Below are positions 1 through 9,339 of a stretch of DNA of 64,000 nt, piece by piece. Source of the stretch: Bacteroidota bacterium (lineage in GTDB: Bacteria; Bacteroidota; Bacteroidia; Cytophagales; Cyclobacteriaceae); the NCBI GenBank assembly GCA_023431285.1, contig JAEYXN010000314.1, positions 309 through 64,308 of the forward strand, written 5' to 3'. The translations under genes and the position numbers were made by a program. The notes under the pieces were generated by a model. The model did no database searches. It was not told the origin of the DNA and was given only the letters and a program-made list of their open reading frames with translations. Positions within the stretch are counted from its first letter, which is position 1; the number at the start of each line of letters is the position of its first letter.

Positions 1-386
1 GTCATGATGGAGAATAAAGTCGTTGCAAAAATCCATGTCGCGAAAGCACTCACGAGTACGAGCGATGAACAGGCCAGGGCCTTTCCAATAAGGAGATGAT
101 ACTCCCGGATCGGCGCAAGTTGAAGCCGCACCACAGTGCCCGAACTCTTTTCTACGGCAACAGAAGCCACAGACGATGCAACGGTGCCTATCAGTCCCCA
201 GAACATTACTTTCGAAAATGCATAGTCATAACTGGTAATCCCAATGGATGGCGGGAAAGCCGAGCCAAATGCGCTTCCCACAAGCGCTACTAAAACCAAT
301 GGCAGCGCAAAGGCAACCATAACGCTCGTCTTGTCAAGAAGCAGCAGCGTGATATCTTTCCTTGTCAGTGTGATAATCTGATTCAT
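1..386 (-). CDS. ABC-2 type transporter permease, N-terminal part (gene runs off the left edge of the window)
   Basis: Absent from the ORF track because it has no in-window stop. The reverse complement of 386..1 reads MNQIITLTRKDITLLLLDKTSVMVAFALPLVLVALVG...EKSSGTVVRLQLAPIREYHLLIGK... with no stop codon. Its ATG (386-384) overlaps the TGA (385-383) of the upstream ATPase gene. Confidence 0.75.
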   Translation of the reverse strand, partial: MNQIITLTRKDITLLLLDKTSVMVAFALPLVLVALVGSAFGSAFPPSIGITSYDYAFSKVMFWGLIGTVASSVASVAVEKSSGTVVRLQLAPIREYHLLIGKALACSSLVLVSAFATWIFATTLFSIM

Positions 387-1231
387 AGTTGATCACGTAA
401 TTGTTTTCCGGTGATATTCAGAAAGGCCTTCTCAAGACCAGGACTTTCCATCTTTAATGAAAGTATTGGTTGCTCTGCGTTAATCCGAACAATATCAGCG
501 ACAGCGTCTGACGTTTCGAACTTCATCTTACCATTGGCGGTTTCAACCATAAGCAGAGTATCGCCACCATGACGTTTAATAACTTCGTCGACAGTGCCCG
601 CTGCAAGAAGCTTTCCTTCATCCATGATCGCGACATGATCGCATAGCTGTTGCGCTTCTTCCAGGTAATGCGAAGTAAGGATGATTGTACATCCCGCCTT
701 GTTTAGTTCACGAATAGCATCGAAGATGGCATTGCGCGAATGAGGGTCTACACCCACCGTTGGTTCGTCAAGGATCAGTAGCGATGGATTGTGAAGTAAC
801 GCGAGCGCAATGTTTAGACGCCGTTTCATTCCTCCGGAGTAACTCTTCACCCGGTCCTTCCTCCGATCCCACAACTGTACTACATTAAGAGCGCGTTCGA
901 TCTCTCCATCGAGTTCCGCGTTTCGCATACCATACAGATTTCCAAAGAACTTCATATTCGCCTCGCCAGTCAGATTATCGTAAACTGCAAGACTCTGCGG
1001 AACTATTCCGATCATCCGCTTTGCCATCGGCGTCCGGGCCGCATACCCGCTGACCATTACCTCCCCTCCGTCAGGAACAAGGCCTCCCGCGACTAGCCGA
1101 ACCGTTGTCGTCTTGCCGGCGCCATTTGGACCAAGCAATCCAAACAAACTACCTTTTGGGACATGAAGCGTGAGGTCGTCAATGACGCGCCGCTTTCCAA
1201 GACGCTTCGTAACATTATTCAGTTCGATCAT
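383..1231 (-). CDS. ABC transporter ATP-binding protein (ABC-2 exporter type)
   Basis: 282-aa ORF with Walker A GPNGAGKTT, ABC signature SGGMKRRL, Walker B LLILDEPTVGVD and H-loop TSHYLEE. There is an ATGA start/stop overlap with the upstream gene at 1228-1231. Confidence 0.95.
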   Translation of the reverse strand: MIELNNVTKRLGKRRVIDDLTLHVPKGSLFGLLGPNGAGKTTTVRLVAGGLVPDGGEVMVSGYAARTPMAKRMIGIVPQSLAVYDNLTGEANMKFFGNLYGMRNAELDGEIERALNVVQLWDRRKDRVKSYSGGMKRRLNIALALLHNPSLLILDEPTVGVDPHSRNAIFDAIRELNKAGCTIILTSHYLEEAQQLCDHVAIMDEGKLLAAGTVDEVIKRHGGDTLLMVETANGKMKFETSDAVADIVRINAEQPILSLKMESPGLEKAFLNITGKQLRDQL

Positions 1232-2334
1232 TGCTGTGATGATTCAGGTTGGACAGAGTGGTTTAAAGAGCGCTCCGCTTTCATGCCTCCTACTCTTAAA
1301 CCAAAGAGGGGACGGAGAAAAAATATTCTGCGGATTACCTCGTAGGCCGCGAAGCATCCCCCCAGTGTAAAAAACAACACGGCAAAGAACTTTACGGCGA
1401 CATTAATTTGTAAGGGAAAGATCAATGAAGACCCTAACGCCAGGAAGATCATGTGAAGAATGTAAACAGGATACGCTGCCTCACTGAGATAAGAAAGCGC
1501 ACGTGCATTTCTATTCAGATACTTATGACCAAAGGCGAACACGGTGAGAATCCACGCCTGGGATTCTATCGCCAACAGATACGCCGGCGTGTTCACGCCG
1601 AACAAGGTTAAACGGACAGTGAACAACCCGATAGCTATCACTATAAAAAGCCAGCGCCACCGCAGAAGCATCTGCCAGAACGGATCACCCCCGATTACAA
1701 GGCAGTATCCTGATAAGAATGCAAGAAACCCAAGAACGAAGCCATGCCAGGTCATTGCATAGAGTTCATAAGGAAAAGGTTTCATTACGAACGCTTCCAA
1801 AACAAACAGAGCCAGGAATGGAATAAGGCCCAGCGGAGTACGAAGCATCCTGCGCATAGCCATGACGATCCGACCGTTTTCGTTTCGTTTCAGATAATAA
1901 AACAATGGCGACAAGGCGAGAACATAAATGAATATGTTTCCGAGAAACCAGAGATGTCCGGGATGAGCGACATACTGGTAATCCCAACCGTAGTGCCAGT
2001 TCAGAATAAATGAACTTACAGGGAAGATACACGCTGCTCCGAAAAGGAAAGGAACCAGGATCCTCAGCGACCGCTCACCGATCAGCGCCGGCATACTACG
2101 CTTCCTCATAGCGAAGTATACTCCCATCCCTGAAACAAAAAACAGAAAGGGAATACGCCACACGTTTAGCATCGACATAGGAAGCCACAACGAGGTCCAT
2201 GGGTCGCTATTCGTAATAAAGCCTATCATCAGACCCCACGGTTGAAATCCGATCGCAACGTGATAGATGAGGAGCAGCCCTATCGCGATCACCCGGAGCC
2301 AGTCAATATCGTACCTGCGGTTTAGTGTCGTCAT
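1228..2334 (-). CDS. acyltransferase family 3 integral membrane protein
   Basis: 368-aa polytopic membrane ORF. The N-terminal RRYDIDWLRVIAIGLLLIYH motif is typical of acyltransferase_3 / OpgC-like O-acyltransferases. It is translationally coupled to the ABC ATPase gene. Confidence 0.8.
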   Translation of the reverse strand: MTTLNRRYDIDWLRVIAIGLLLIYHVAIGFQPWGLMIGFITNSDPWTSLWLPMSMLNVWRIPFLFFVSGMGVYFAMRKRSMPALIGERSLRILVPFLFGAACIFPVSSFILNWHYGWDYQYVAHPGHLWFLGNIFIYVLALSPLFYYLKRNENGRIVMAMRRMLRTPLGLIPFLALFVLEAFVMKPFPYELYAMTWHGFVLGFLAFLSGYCLVIGGDPFWQMLLRWRWLFIVIAIGLFTVRLTLFGVNTPAYLLAIESQAWILTVFAFGHKYLNRNARALSYLSEAAYPVYILHMIFLALGSSLIFPLQINVAVKFFAVLFFTLGGCFAAYEVIRRIFFLRPLFGLRVGGMKAERSLNHSVQPESSQQ

Positions 2335-2354
2335 ATCTGTTTTGTTGAAGTCTG

Positions 2355-2942
2355 TTACTTTAACATCTCCGCTATCTCTGGTCTGGTTTTCTCCAGGTAA
2401 GCATGGTCAAGTTTGAGCCCCATTGGCGCAAGAGCCTGACCCAGCATATCATAAGTTCCCTTTGTTTCGCTGAAAGGTCCTGCAACAGATTCATAGGGCG
2501 TTGCACCGAACTTGTTCTTCATCGTCTTATCTGCACCACTCTCAAGCAGGAGCTTCACGATCTCCGGTCTGCAGAAGAATGCGGCGACGTGGAGTGCAGT
2601 AGACCCGTCGTTATTCTGGAAATTAATATCTGCACCGGCCTCCAACAGGATCCTTGCTTCCTCTTCCTTTCCAAAAAGGGATGCGCTGATCAGCGGGCTC
2701 GACCCGCCAAAAGGATCCTTCTCGTTAACATTAGTCCCCGCAGCAATGTGCTGACGCAAGGCCTCCTTGTTTTCCGTAAGCACTGCAGTATGGATATCGA
2801 CTGCCGGCGCACCAGCCTTCTTTTCAACGGATGAGGCCTCCTTGCCCTTTCCTGGTTCACATGCGGTGACAAAGCATACCATCATAAGAGCGCCCAGAAT
2901 TACTTTGACAGGCGTTTGCGGGATCAGAAATTGTGTTCTCAT
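2355..2942 (-). CDS. ankyrin-repeat lipoprotein
   Basis: The signal peptide ends in a lipobox-like FVTAC. Ankyrin-type repeats are present (GSSPLISASLFGKEEEARILLEAGADIN; GSTALHVAAFFCRPEIVKLLLESGADK). It lies 20 nt upstream of the acyltransferase gene on the same strand. Confidence 0.85.
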   Translation of the reverse strand: MRTQFLIPQTPVKVILGALMMVCFVTACEPGKGKEASSVEKKAGAPAVDIHTAVLTENKEALRQHIAAGTNVNEKDPFGGSSPLISASLFGKEEEARILLEAGADINFQNNDGSTALHVAAFFCRPEIVKLLLESGADKTMKNKFGATPYESVAGPFSETKGTYDMLGQALAPMGLKLDHAYLEKTRPEIAEMLK

Positions 2943-3048
2943 GTCTTTGCGTTTTTTTGTTGTAAAATCAATAGGTCAAAGGACGAGGAATCACAACCCT
3001 GAGGTGAAACACAGGCGGCGCAAAAACCATTAACTTTGCGGGAACGGG

Positions 3049-3086
3049 TATAAATTATGACGCATCGATATAAATTTTGATGCATC
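3049..3086. promoter_or_regulatory. two 18-nt direct repeats (candidate AraC-type binding site) in a divergent promoter region
   Basis: TATAAATTATGACGCATC (3049-3066) and TATAAATTTTGATGCATC (3069-3086) match at 16 of 18 positions with a 20-nt period. They sit 60-100 nt upstream of the AraC-family gene starting at 3147. Confidence 0.3.
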
Positions 3087-3146
3087 ACCCCTCGAAAAGC
3101 GTTAATTTCGAGGTTTTAAAGAAGAGAAGGACCAGACCTACGATTC

Positions 3147-5228
3147 ATGTCAGAGACCAATGTTCCAGATAAGAACTTCATCTCCGAGCTCACTGCGGTG
3201 ATCGAACGTAACATCGCGAACGATAATTTCGGAGTCTCTGAGCTGGCCGGAGAAATGAATATGAGTCGCTCAAACCTGTTACGGAAGGTTAAGAGGGAAA
3301 GCAAACTTTCCGTCAGCCAGCTGATCAACCAGGTCAGGCTTAAAAAGGCGATGGACCTTCTTCGCAAGACCTCCCTTAATGTATCTGAGGTAGCCCATCA
3401 GGTTGGGTTTGGAAGCGCTTCTTACTTTATAAAGTGTTTCCGGGAGTATTATGGATATCCGCCAGGGGAAGTAGGAAAAAGGGAAGCTGAGTTACCGGCG
3501 GATGTAATGAAGATCCCGGAGTCAAACGTGGAAGAATTACCTTCCCGAAAGTCAACCTATGGGTGGATTGCCGCCGCGGCCCTGTTACTGATCATCTCAG
3601 TGGGAGTTTATTTCCTTATGGGAAATAAAGCCCAGGCAGACCCCGATGAAGAGAAGTCTATCGCAGTTCTGCCGTTCAAGAATGACAGTGGTGATTCCTC
3701 AAACATCTACCTCATCAACGGTTTGATGGAGTCCACATTAAACAAGCTTCAGCAGATCAAGGACCTCCGGGTCATCAGTCGAACCTCCGTAGAGAGATAC
3801 CGCAACAATCCCAAGTCTATCCAGGAGATGGCCAGCGAACTTGATGTACGCTATTTTGTTGAGGGAAGCGGTCAGAAAATGGGTGACCGCATCGTACTGA
3901 ATATACAGTTGATTGATGCCGCCACTGATAAACATCTTTGGTCACGCCAGTACCGCCGGGAGACAAAAGAAATATTTGATCTTCAGGAAGAAATCGCCAG
4001 AAATATCTCTGAAGAGATTGAAGTCTTTATCTCTCCCGAAGAAAAAAGCAGGATTGAGAAGAAACCTACCGAGGATCTTGTCGCCTATGATTACTTCCTG
4101 AAAGGTCGTGAGCTTTTCTATCGAAGTGGGCCTGACGATCTGGAGCAAGCCTTGCCCCTGTTCAGGAAAGCGATTGAAAGAGATCCTAATTTCTCCCTGG
4201 CGTACGCGTCCGCGGCGATGGTTTGCTATTACCTTGATATATTCAATTTTAACAAGGTTCACTCTCATACCATTGACGAGTACGCGGAGAAAGCTTTACT
4301 GTACGATTCGCGTTCCTCCGAAAGCATGATCGCCAAAGCGCTGTCTTTCGCCCAAAAGCGTCAGTTTGAATTATCTGTCCCTTATTTTGAAAAAGCCCTC
4401 GAATACGATCCGAGATCCGGGCTGGTGCTGCACTTTCTCACTGAGTTCTACAACATCTATATTCCACATCCTCCAAAGTACCTGGAGTACGCCATCAGAA
4501 AGGTTAAGCTCGACTATGGTCTGGACTCCGCAACAAAAGCTTTCAATTACTTTCACCTGAGCAATGCCTTGATGCAAAATGGTTTCCTAAACGAAGCTCT
4601 CAGATATAATGAAAAATCTCTTCAGCTGAACCCCTCACAGTTCTTCGCAGGATTTGTAAACCACTATATCCACTACGCTATGGATAAGGACGCAAAGAAA
4701 GCAAAGCAAAGATTACTGGCCCATTATAAGAAAGACACTGTTCGCTTCGACATCCTGCAGGAAGCCGCGAAGATGAGCTTCATGAGCGGCGACTACGAAG
4801 AAGCGAAATCATACTACGAAAGATCTCTTCGTACCATGAAAATGTATGGGATGGATTTATTCAAGCATGAGTATCTGCGTATAGCGATGACGTATGACAA
4901 GACCGGCGATAAAGAGAAGGCAAAGGAATTCGCAGAGGCTTTCAGAGAATACGCCGAAGGTGATCTGACGATGTACAAGGACCTCCACCTCTCAGCATAT
5001 TATGCTTACAAGGGAGAGACAGCCAAAGCGGTAGCACTCTTTAGTAAATTTGCCAACGAGCAGGACAACTTCCTTTACTGGCTACTTCTGATGGACCAGG
5101 ACGCATGTGTCGAAGATCTGAGGAAGCACCCCGACTTCAAAGCGTCAATGAAGAAGATCGAACAGAAGTACTGGAAGAAGCATAAGGAGCTCAAAGAACG
5201 CTGGGGCTCAGAAATAGAAAACCTCTGA
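3147..5228 (+). CDS. membrane-anchored AraC-family transcriptional regulator with an extracytoplasmic TolB-N-like module and TPR repeats
   Basis: The N-terminus has an AraC/XylS HTH (SQLINQVRLKKAMDLL...VGFGSASYFIKCFREYYGYPPGE). One TM helix follows (GWIAAAALLLIISVGVYFL). Next comes an IAVLPFKNDSGD...LRVISRTS module, as seen in CadC-like or adenylate-cyclase sensors, followed by TPR-like repeats. Confidence 0.8.
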   Translation: MSETNVPDKNFISELTAVIERNIANDNFGVSELAGEMNMSRSNLLRKVKRESKLSVSQLINQVRLKKAMDLLRKTSLNVSEVAHQVGFGSASYFIKCFREYYGYPPGEVGKREAELPADVMKIPESNVEELPSRKSTYGWIAAAALLLIISVGVYFLMGNKAQADPDEEKSIAVLPFKNDSGDSSNIYLINGLMESTLNKLQQIKDLRVISRTSVERYRNNPKSIQEMASELDVRYFVEGSGQKMGDRIVLNIQLIDAATDKHLWSRQYRRETKEIFDLQEEIARNISEEIEVFISPEEKSRIEKKPTEDLVAYDYFLKGRELFYRSGPDDLEQALPLFRKAIERDPNFSLAYASAAMVCYYLDIFNFNKVHSHTIDEYAEKALLYDSRSSESMIAKALSFAQKRQFELSVPYFEKALEYDPRSGLVLHFLTEFYNIYIPHPPKYLEYAIRKVKLDYGLDSATKAFNYFHLSNALMQNGFLNEALRYNEKSLQLNPSQFFAGFVNHYIHYAMDKDAKKAKQRLLAHYKKDTVRFDILQEAAKMSFMSGDYEEAKSYYERSLRTMKMYGMDLFKHEYLRIAMTYDKTGDKEKAKEFAEAFREYAEGDLTMYKDLHLSAYYAYKGETAKAVALFSKFANEQDNFLYWLLLMDQDACVEDLRKHPDFKASMKKIEQKYWKKHKELKERWGSEIENL

Positions 5229-5253
5229 CCAGCGTTGTCCGGATTCACACCCT

Positions 5254-5886
5254 TCATTCAGAAAAGCCTGACCCAAAGATCAGCTTATTCACTATAGTGA
5301 TCTCATCACGGTTGATGGTGTGTCCCATGCCTGGGTAGATCTTCTCCACCACCTTCGCATTCATTGAACGAAGGATCTTAACCGAATCCTGAATACGCTG
5401 CACCGGAACGTGAGGATCAGGATCGCTGCTCCCAATAAACACCGGCGTCTCTGCAAAATCGCCGCTATACCTTTCTGTCTTCAGACTGTCGCCTATCAAC
5501 CCTCCCGTGAATGCAGCCGCGCCTCCCCAGCGACGCGCATGACGGGCAATAAACTCCAGTGTAAGGCACGCACCCTGCGAGAAGCCTGCGAAATAGATAT
5601 CTTCGTCAGCAAACCCTTCCGTCTTTAGATCATTAACGATATCCGACAAGAGACTGATCGCCGACGAAAGCCAGGGTTCGTTCTGATCCGTGGGAGCAAG
5701 AAACGAATATGGATACCAGGTGTAATTGGTAGCCTGAGGAGCGATGATGGCAAAGTCTGACACGTCCAATTCGTTGGCAAGGCCGATAATATCTTCAGCG
5801 GTGGCGCCACGACCATGAAGAAGGATCAATACTTTATCGGCTTCCCTGAGGGATTGTCCAGCCGTAACTAGTTTCTTTTCGTGCAT
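5254..5886 (-). CDS. alpha/beta hydrolase, phospholipase/carboxylesterase family
   Basis: 210-aa ORF with LILLHGRGA, the nucleophile elbow GFSQGA, and late SSDPDPHVP and GMGHTI motifs giving a Ser-Asp-His arrangement. Confidence 0.8.
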   Translation of the reverse strand: MHEKKLVTAGQSLREADKVLILLHGRGATAEDIIGLANELDVSDFAIIAPQATNYTWYPYSFLAPTDQNEPWLSSAISLLSDIVNDLKTEGFADEDIYFAGFSQGACLTLEFIARHARRWGGAAAFTGGLIGDSLKTERYSGDFAETPVFIGSSDPDPHVPVQRIQDSVKILRSMNAKVVEKIYPGMGHTINRDEITIVNKLIFGSGFSE

Positions 5887-6008
5887 GTGCCTGCTTTAGA
5901 TTGTCAATGATTGTTGTTCTTTAAACAAGCTTGCCTCCATCCTGTTTCTCATTTGAATGGATATTGTATCTTCCCTCCAGAACGTACCGCCCCTTCTTTC
6001 ATCAATAA

Positions 6009-6386
6009 CTATTGCTGATAGAGTTGAATGATATTGCCGAAGCCGTCTTCAAACAATGCTTCTATGCCATAGCGGGTGCTCTCCGGTTCGTTTCTGAAAA
6101 CTACGCCGAGTTCGGACAGGCGCTTATACTCTGACATTACATCCGCAGATGTAAACACAATCGCCGGAATGCCAGCATCATAGAGACTTGTCTGATAATT
6201 CTTCGCGATGGAATTATCATTTGGTTCAAGCATCAGGGAGGTCCCATTCTCATCGTCGGGTGACACCACAATGGCAAGATGCTGATCAGGTATAAAGAGC
6301 TTCTTGCGGAAACCCAGTACATCGGTATAAAAGTGAAATGCTTTCGCCGGATCATCTACGAAGATACTTGTCATCCCTATTCTCAT
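6009..6386 (-). CDS. VOC family protein (glyoxalase / bleomycin-resistance fold)
   Basis: 125-aa ORF with FVDDPAKAFHFYTDVLGF at the N-terminus and a C-terminal FEDGFGNIIQL motif, typical of the VOC fold. Confidence 0.8.
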   Translation of the reverse strand: MRIGMTSIFVDDPAKAFHFYTDVLGFRKKLFIPDQHLAIVVSPDDENGTSLMLEPNDNSIAKNYQTSLYDAGIPAIVFTSADVMSEYKRLSELGVVFRNEPESTRYGIEALFEDGFGNIIQLYQQ

Positions 6387-6529
6387 GGTGTGAATAAAAA
6401 AACCTTAAATATACCAGTTTATAAAAGTAGTTGGGCGCTTAAAATTTCATTAAAAAATAACTGTTTTATTTCCCTTAACCTGCATTAACATATAATTTTA
6501 GCCGATTACGAATAATCCCGAGAGACCGG

Positions 6530-8800
6530 ATGGGCCACTTACCCGCATTGATTCAAGACCTTGGACTAATACTGATCGCTGGTGCGATCACAACGCTTGT
6601 ATTCCGAAAAATCAAGCAGCCATTAGTATTGGGTTACATCATCGCTGGTTTTCTCGTAGGACCACATTTCCATCTAATCCCAACGGTTGCCGATACGGCG
6701 AATATCGAGATCCTCGCAGAGATCGGTGTCATCTTCCTCCTGTTCAGTCTTGGACTGGAATTCAGTTTCAAGAAACTTGCCCGCGTCGGCGGAGCTGCGT
6801 CCGTTACGGCGATGGTAGAGATCATCTTCATCACGCTTGCCGGCTATTGGCTTGGCCGCGCTTTAGATTGGTCAACAATGGACAGCCTTTTCCTCGGTGG
6901 TATGCTGGCAAGCTCTTCCACGACGATCATCATCCGCGCCTTTGATGAACTTGGCGTAAAAACAAAACAATATGCAAAGATAGTATTCGGAGTCCTCATT
7001 GTTGAAGACATAGTAGTCATCCTCCTTATGGTATTGCTTTCTACAATTGCAGTCACGCAAGCTTTCGAGGGAGGACAAATCCTCATGACAGTTCTCAAGC
7101 TGCTGTTCTTCCTCGCACTCTGGTTCATCGCAGGCATATTTCTCATCCCCTCCTTTCTGCGCCAGGTAAAACCATTAATGGATGAAGAAACACTCCTGAT
7201 CTTGTCGATCGGCTTGTGCCTGGGTATGGTGGTGCTTGCAACCAAGGTAGGGTTCTCAGCAGAGCTCGGTGCTTTCATCATGGGATCAATCCTCGCTGAG
7301 ACTACATCCGCTGAAAAAATTGAACACGTCACGAAGCCTGTCAAAGAGCTCTTCGGAGCGATCTTCTTTATCTCTGTAGGGATGATGATCGACCCCGCAG
7401 CAATCACAAAGTATAGCGTACCTGTCATAGCGGTCACTTTGATTACATTGTTTGGAAAACTATTCAGCACTACAATGGGCGCTCTGTTGTCAGGACAACC
7501 TCTTAAGCAATCGGTACAAGTTGGGATGAGCATGGCCCAGATCGGTGAGTTTGCTTTCATCGTCGCGACCCTGGGACTTTCACTGGGCGTTACGTCCGAC
7601 TTCCTTTTCCCCGTCGCCGTGGGAGCTTCAGCCATCACGACGTTCACCACGCCGTACATGATTAAATCGTCAGAAAAGCTTCACGGCCTTATCGAACGCA
7701 TGTTGCCCGCGCGTTGGGTGGTGCGGTTGAACAGATACTCTACCAGTACTCAAAGTATTCAGGCTGAGGATGAATGGAAACCAGTGCGCAATTCCTATTT
7801 GAATGTAATCGTGACCAACAGTATTATCCTCACAGCGATCATACTTCTGGTTGTAAACGTTTTGCTTCCGTATGTATCGAAGAACCTGGACAATCACTTC
7901 CTGACGCGCTGGGGAACGCTTGTGGGATCACTTGCTATAGCATCACCGTTTCTTTGGGCGCTAATGGCGAAGCGTCCACGCAATTACGCCTACCGAGAGC
8001 TCTGGATGAGCAGTAGTTATAACCGCGGTCCTCTTCTTATGCTGGAGATCACGCGTATTCTTGCTGGTGTGGCATTCATTTCCTTCCTGACCTTCAAGTT
8101 ATTCAACACAAGGGAAGCGCTTATTGTGACATTGCCTCTTGTATTCTTTGTATGGTTCATGTTCACCCGCGGTCTCAAGGACTTTTATCAGCGACTGGAG
8201 TCCCGCTTCATCGGAAACCTGAATGCCAGGGAGATCGCTGCCGCCAGCACACTTGCCGCCAACGTCACCCGGAAGAATGCAGCCCTGCAATCAAAGCTTG
8301 TTCCATGGGACGCGCATATTGTTCCCATGGACGTTCCCCAGAATGCAGACTATATCGGGAGATCGCTGTTGTCATTAGCGTGGCGCGAGCAGTTTGGAAT
8401 CAACCTCGCATACATCAAACGCGGTGACAAGATTATGCACATGCCTTCACGGAATACCATCCTCCTCCCTTTTGATGAGGTCGGGGTAATTGGAACCGAT
8501 GAACAGATCCAGCAGTTTAAATCAGTGTTCCAAAGTGTTCAGAAAGAGGCAGACCCTGAAGTGGAGCTGGATGAAATTTCTTTGCAGAAAGTGCTTGTCA
8601 ATGAAAACTCGAAGCTTCGGGGACTCGACATCCGGACTTCAAGAATCCGTGAGCTAACTGACGGACTTGTCATAGGCGTTGAGCGTGATGACCAAAGAAT
8701 CCTGAATCCTGATTCTTCACTGGTCTTCGAGTGGGGGGATGTGGTTTGGATCGTTGGAAACAAAACCAAGATCCAGGCGGTGGCAAAGAGCGGAGTCTGA
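6530..8800 (+). CDS. cation:proton antiporter (CPA2 / Kef-type) with C-terminal TrkA-C-like domains
   Basis: 756-aa ORF. The N-terminal half is a polytopic Na_H_exchanger-type domain (LGYIIAGFLVGP, GLEFSFKKL, AELGAFIMGSILAE). The C-terminal soluble part has two RCK-C/TrkA-C-like segments. Confidence 0.9.
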   Translation: MGHLPALIQDLGLILIAGAITTLVFRKIKQPLVLGYIIAGFLVGPHFHLIPTVADTANIEILAEIGVIFLLFSLGLEFSFKKLARVGGAASVTAMVEIIFITLAGYWLGRALDWSTMDSLFLGGMLASSSTTIIIRAFDELGVKTKQYAKIVFGVLIVEDIVVILLMVLLSTIAVTQAFEGGQILMTVLKLLFFLALWFIAGIFLIPSFLRQVKPLMDEETLLILSIGLCLGMVVLATKVGFSAELGAFIMGSILAETTSAEKIEHVTKPVKELFGAIFFISVGMMIDPAAITKYSVPVIAVTLITLFGKLFSTTMGALLSGQPLKQSVQVGMSMAQIGEFAFIVATLGLSLGVTSDFLFPVAVGASAITTFTTPYMIKSSEKLHGLIERMLPARWVVRLNRYSTSTQSIQAEDEWKPVRNSYLNVIVTNSIILTAIILLVVNVLLPYVSKNLDNHFLTRWGTLVGSLAIASPFLWALMAKRPRNYAYRELWMSSSYNRGPLLMLEITRILAGVAFISFLTFKLFNTREALIVTLPLVFFVWFMFTRGLKDFYQRLESRFIGNLNAREIAAASTLAANVTRKNAALQSKLVPWDAHIVPMDVPQNADYIGRSLLSLAWREQFGINLAYIKRGDKIMHMPSRNTILLPFDEVGVIGTDEQIQQFKSVFQSVQKEADPEVELDEISLQKVLVNENSKLRGLDIRTSRIRELTDGLVIGVERDDQRILNPDSSLVFEWGDVVWIVGNKTKIQAVAKSGV

Positions 8801-8826
8801 TCAGACGATCATCCGCCTATCGCTTA

Positions 8827-9078
8827 TTAAAAATGCTGGAGGGATCTCCTCTTCTGCCTGTCGGCATCACTGTTTGCTTTCTTCGCTTTCTTCGCCTTCT
8901 TTGCTTTTCTGGCTTTCACTTTCTTGTTCTTTCCTTTCTTGCTGGAGCTATGCCAGTTACCCGATGGAGTGGAATAAGCGGCACGAGCCGAAGAGGTCTG
9001 TGCGTCACGCTGCGCAAATGCAGGGACGGCAGCTCCGGCAACAAACAAAAGGACTAAAGCAACTGGTGCGAATCTCAT
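8827..9078 (-). CDS. small secreted lysine-rich protein (hypothetical)
   Basis: The internal Met at 9078 gives MRFAPVALVLLFVAGAAVPAFAQ, a signal peptide. It is followed by KKGKNKKVKARKAKKAKKAKKA. No family was recognised. Confidence 0.4.
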   Translation of the reverse strand: MRFAPVALVLLFVAGAAVPAFAQRDAQTSSARAAYSTPSGNWHSSSKKGKNKKVKARKAKKAKKAKKANSDADRQKRRSLQHF

Positions 9079-9292
9079 GATCGAAAAGTAGTCAAAAATC
9101 TCTAACCGAATGAGGATCGCCGGGAAGAACATGTCAGCCGGTCGGCCCATAGGCAAGGCAGCCAGTGGGGTGTCATCCTGGACTAACCGGGAAGGCAGCT
9201 CTTACGTAAAGGTGAGAGCCCGCGTGTAGGCTTTCCGTAAGACCCGGATCTTAAGTATGTCGGGGGTCAGGTAAATTCGGGAATAAAGTCAA

Positions 9293-9339
9293 CTCAGGCT
9301 TCCGGTTAACGAACCGGGCTCTTTACGCGGAAGCCTGAG
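9293..9339 (-). terminator. long hairpin downstream of the 62-aa ORF (candidate terminator)
   Basis: CTCAGGCTTCCG (9293-9304) pairs perfectly with CGGAAGCCTGAG (9328-9339). On the minus strand the hairpin is followed by TTGACTTTATT. Confidence 0.35.

Noticed and set aside
96-293. 65-aa plus-strand ORF at the left edge.
   Set aside because: It is antisense to an uninterrupted ABC-2 permease reading frame (386..1) that is translationally coupled to the ATPase gene.
6844-7659. 271-aa minus-strand ORF inside the Kef-type antiporter gene.
   Set aside because: It is a shadow ORF antisense to a strongly supported membrane transporter, has a low-complexity S/T/P/A-rich translation, and resembles no family.
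9143-9196. Cobalamin-riboswitch-like (GCCAGTG...CCGGGAAGGC) and SRP-RNA-like (AAGGCAGCC, GGTCAGGT) fragments.
   Set aside because: The rest of each consensus is absent: no B12 box or GGTGnAAATCC core, and no GGAA tetraloop helix-8 arrangement. The order of the motifs is also wrong for SRP RNA. The region is kept only as an unassigned structured stretch.
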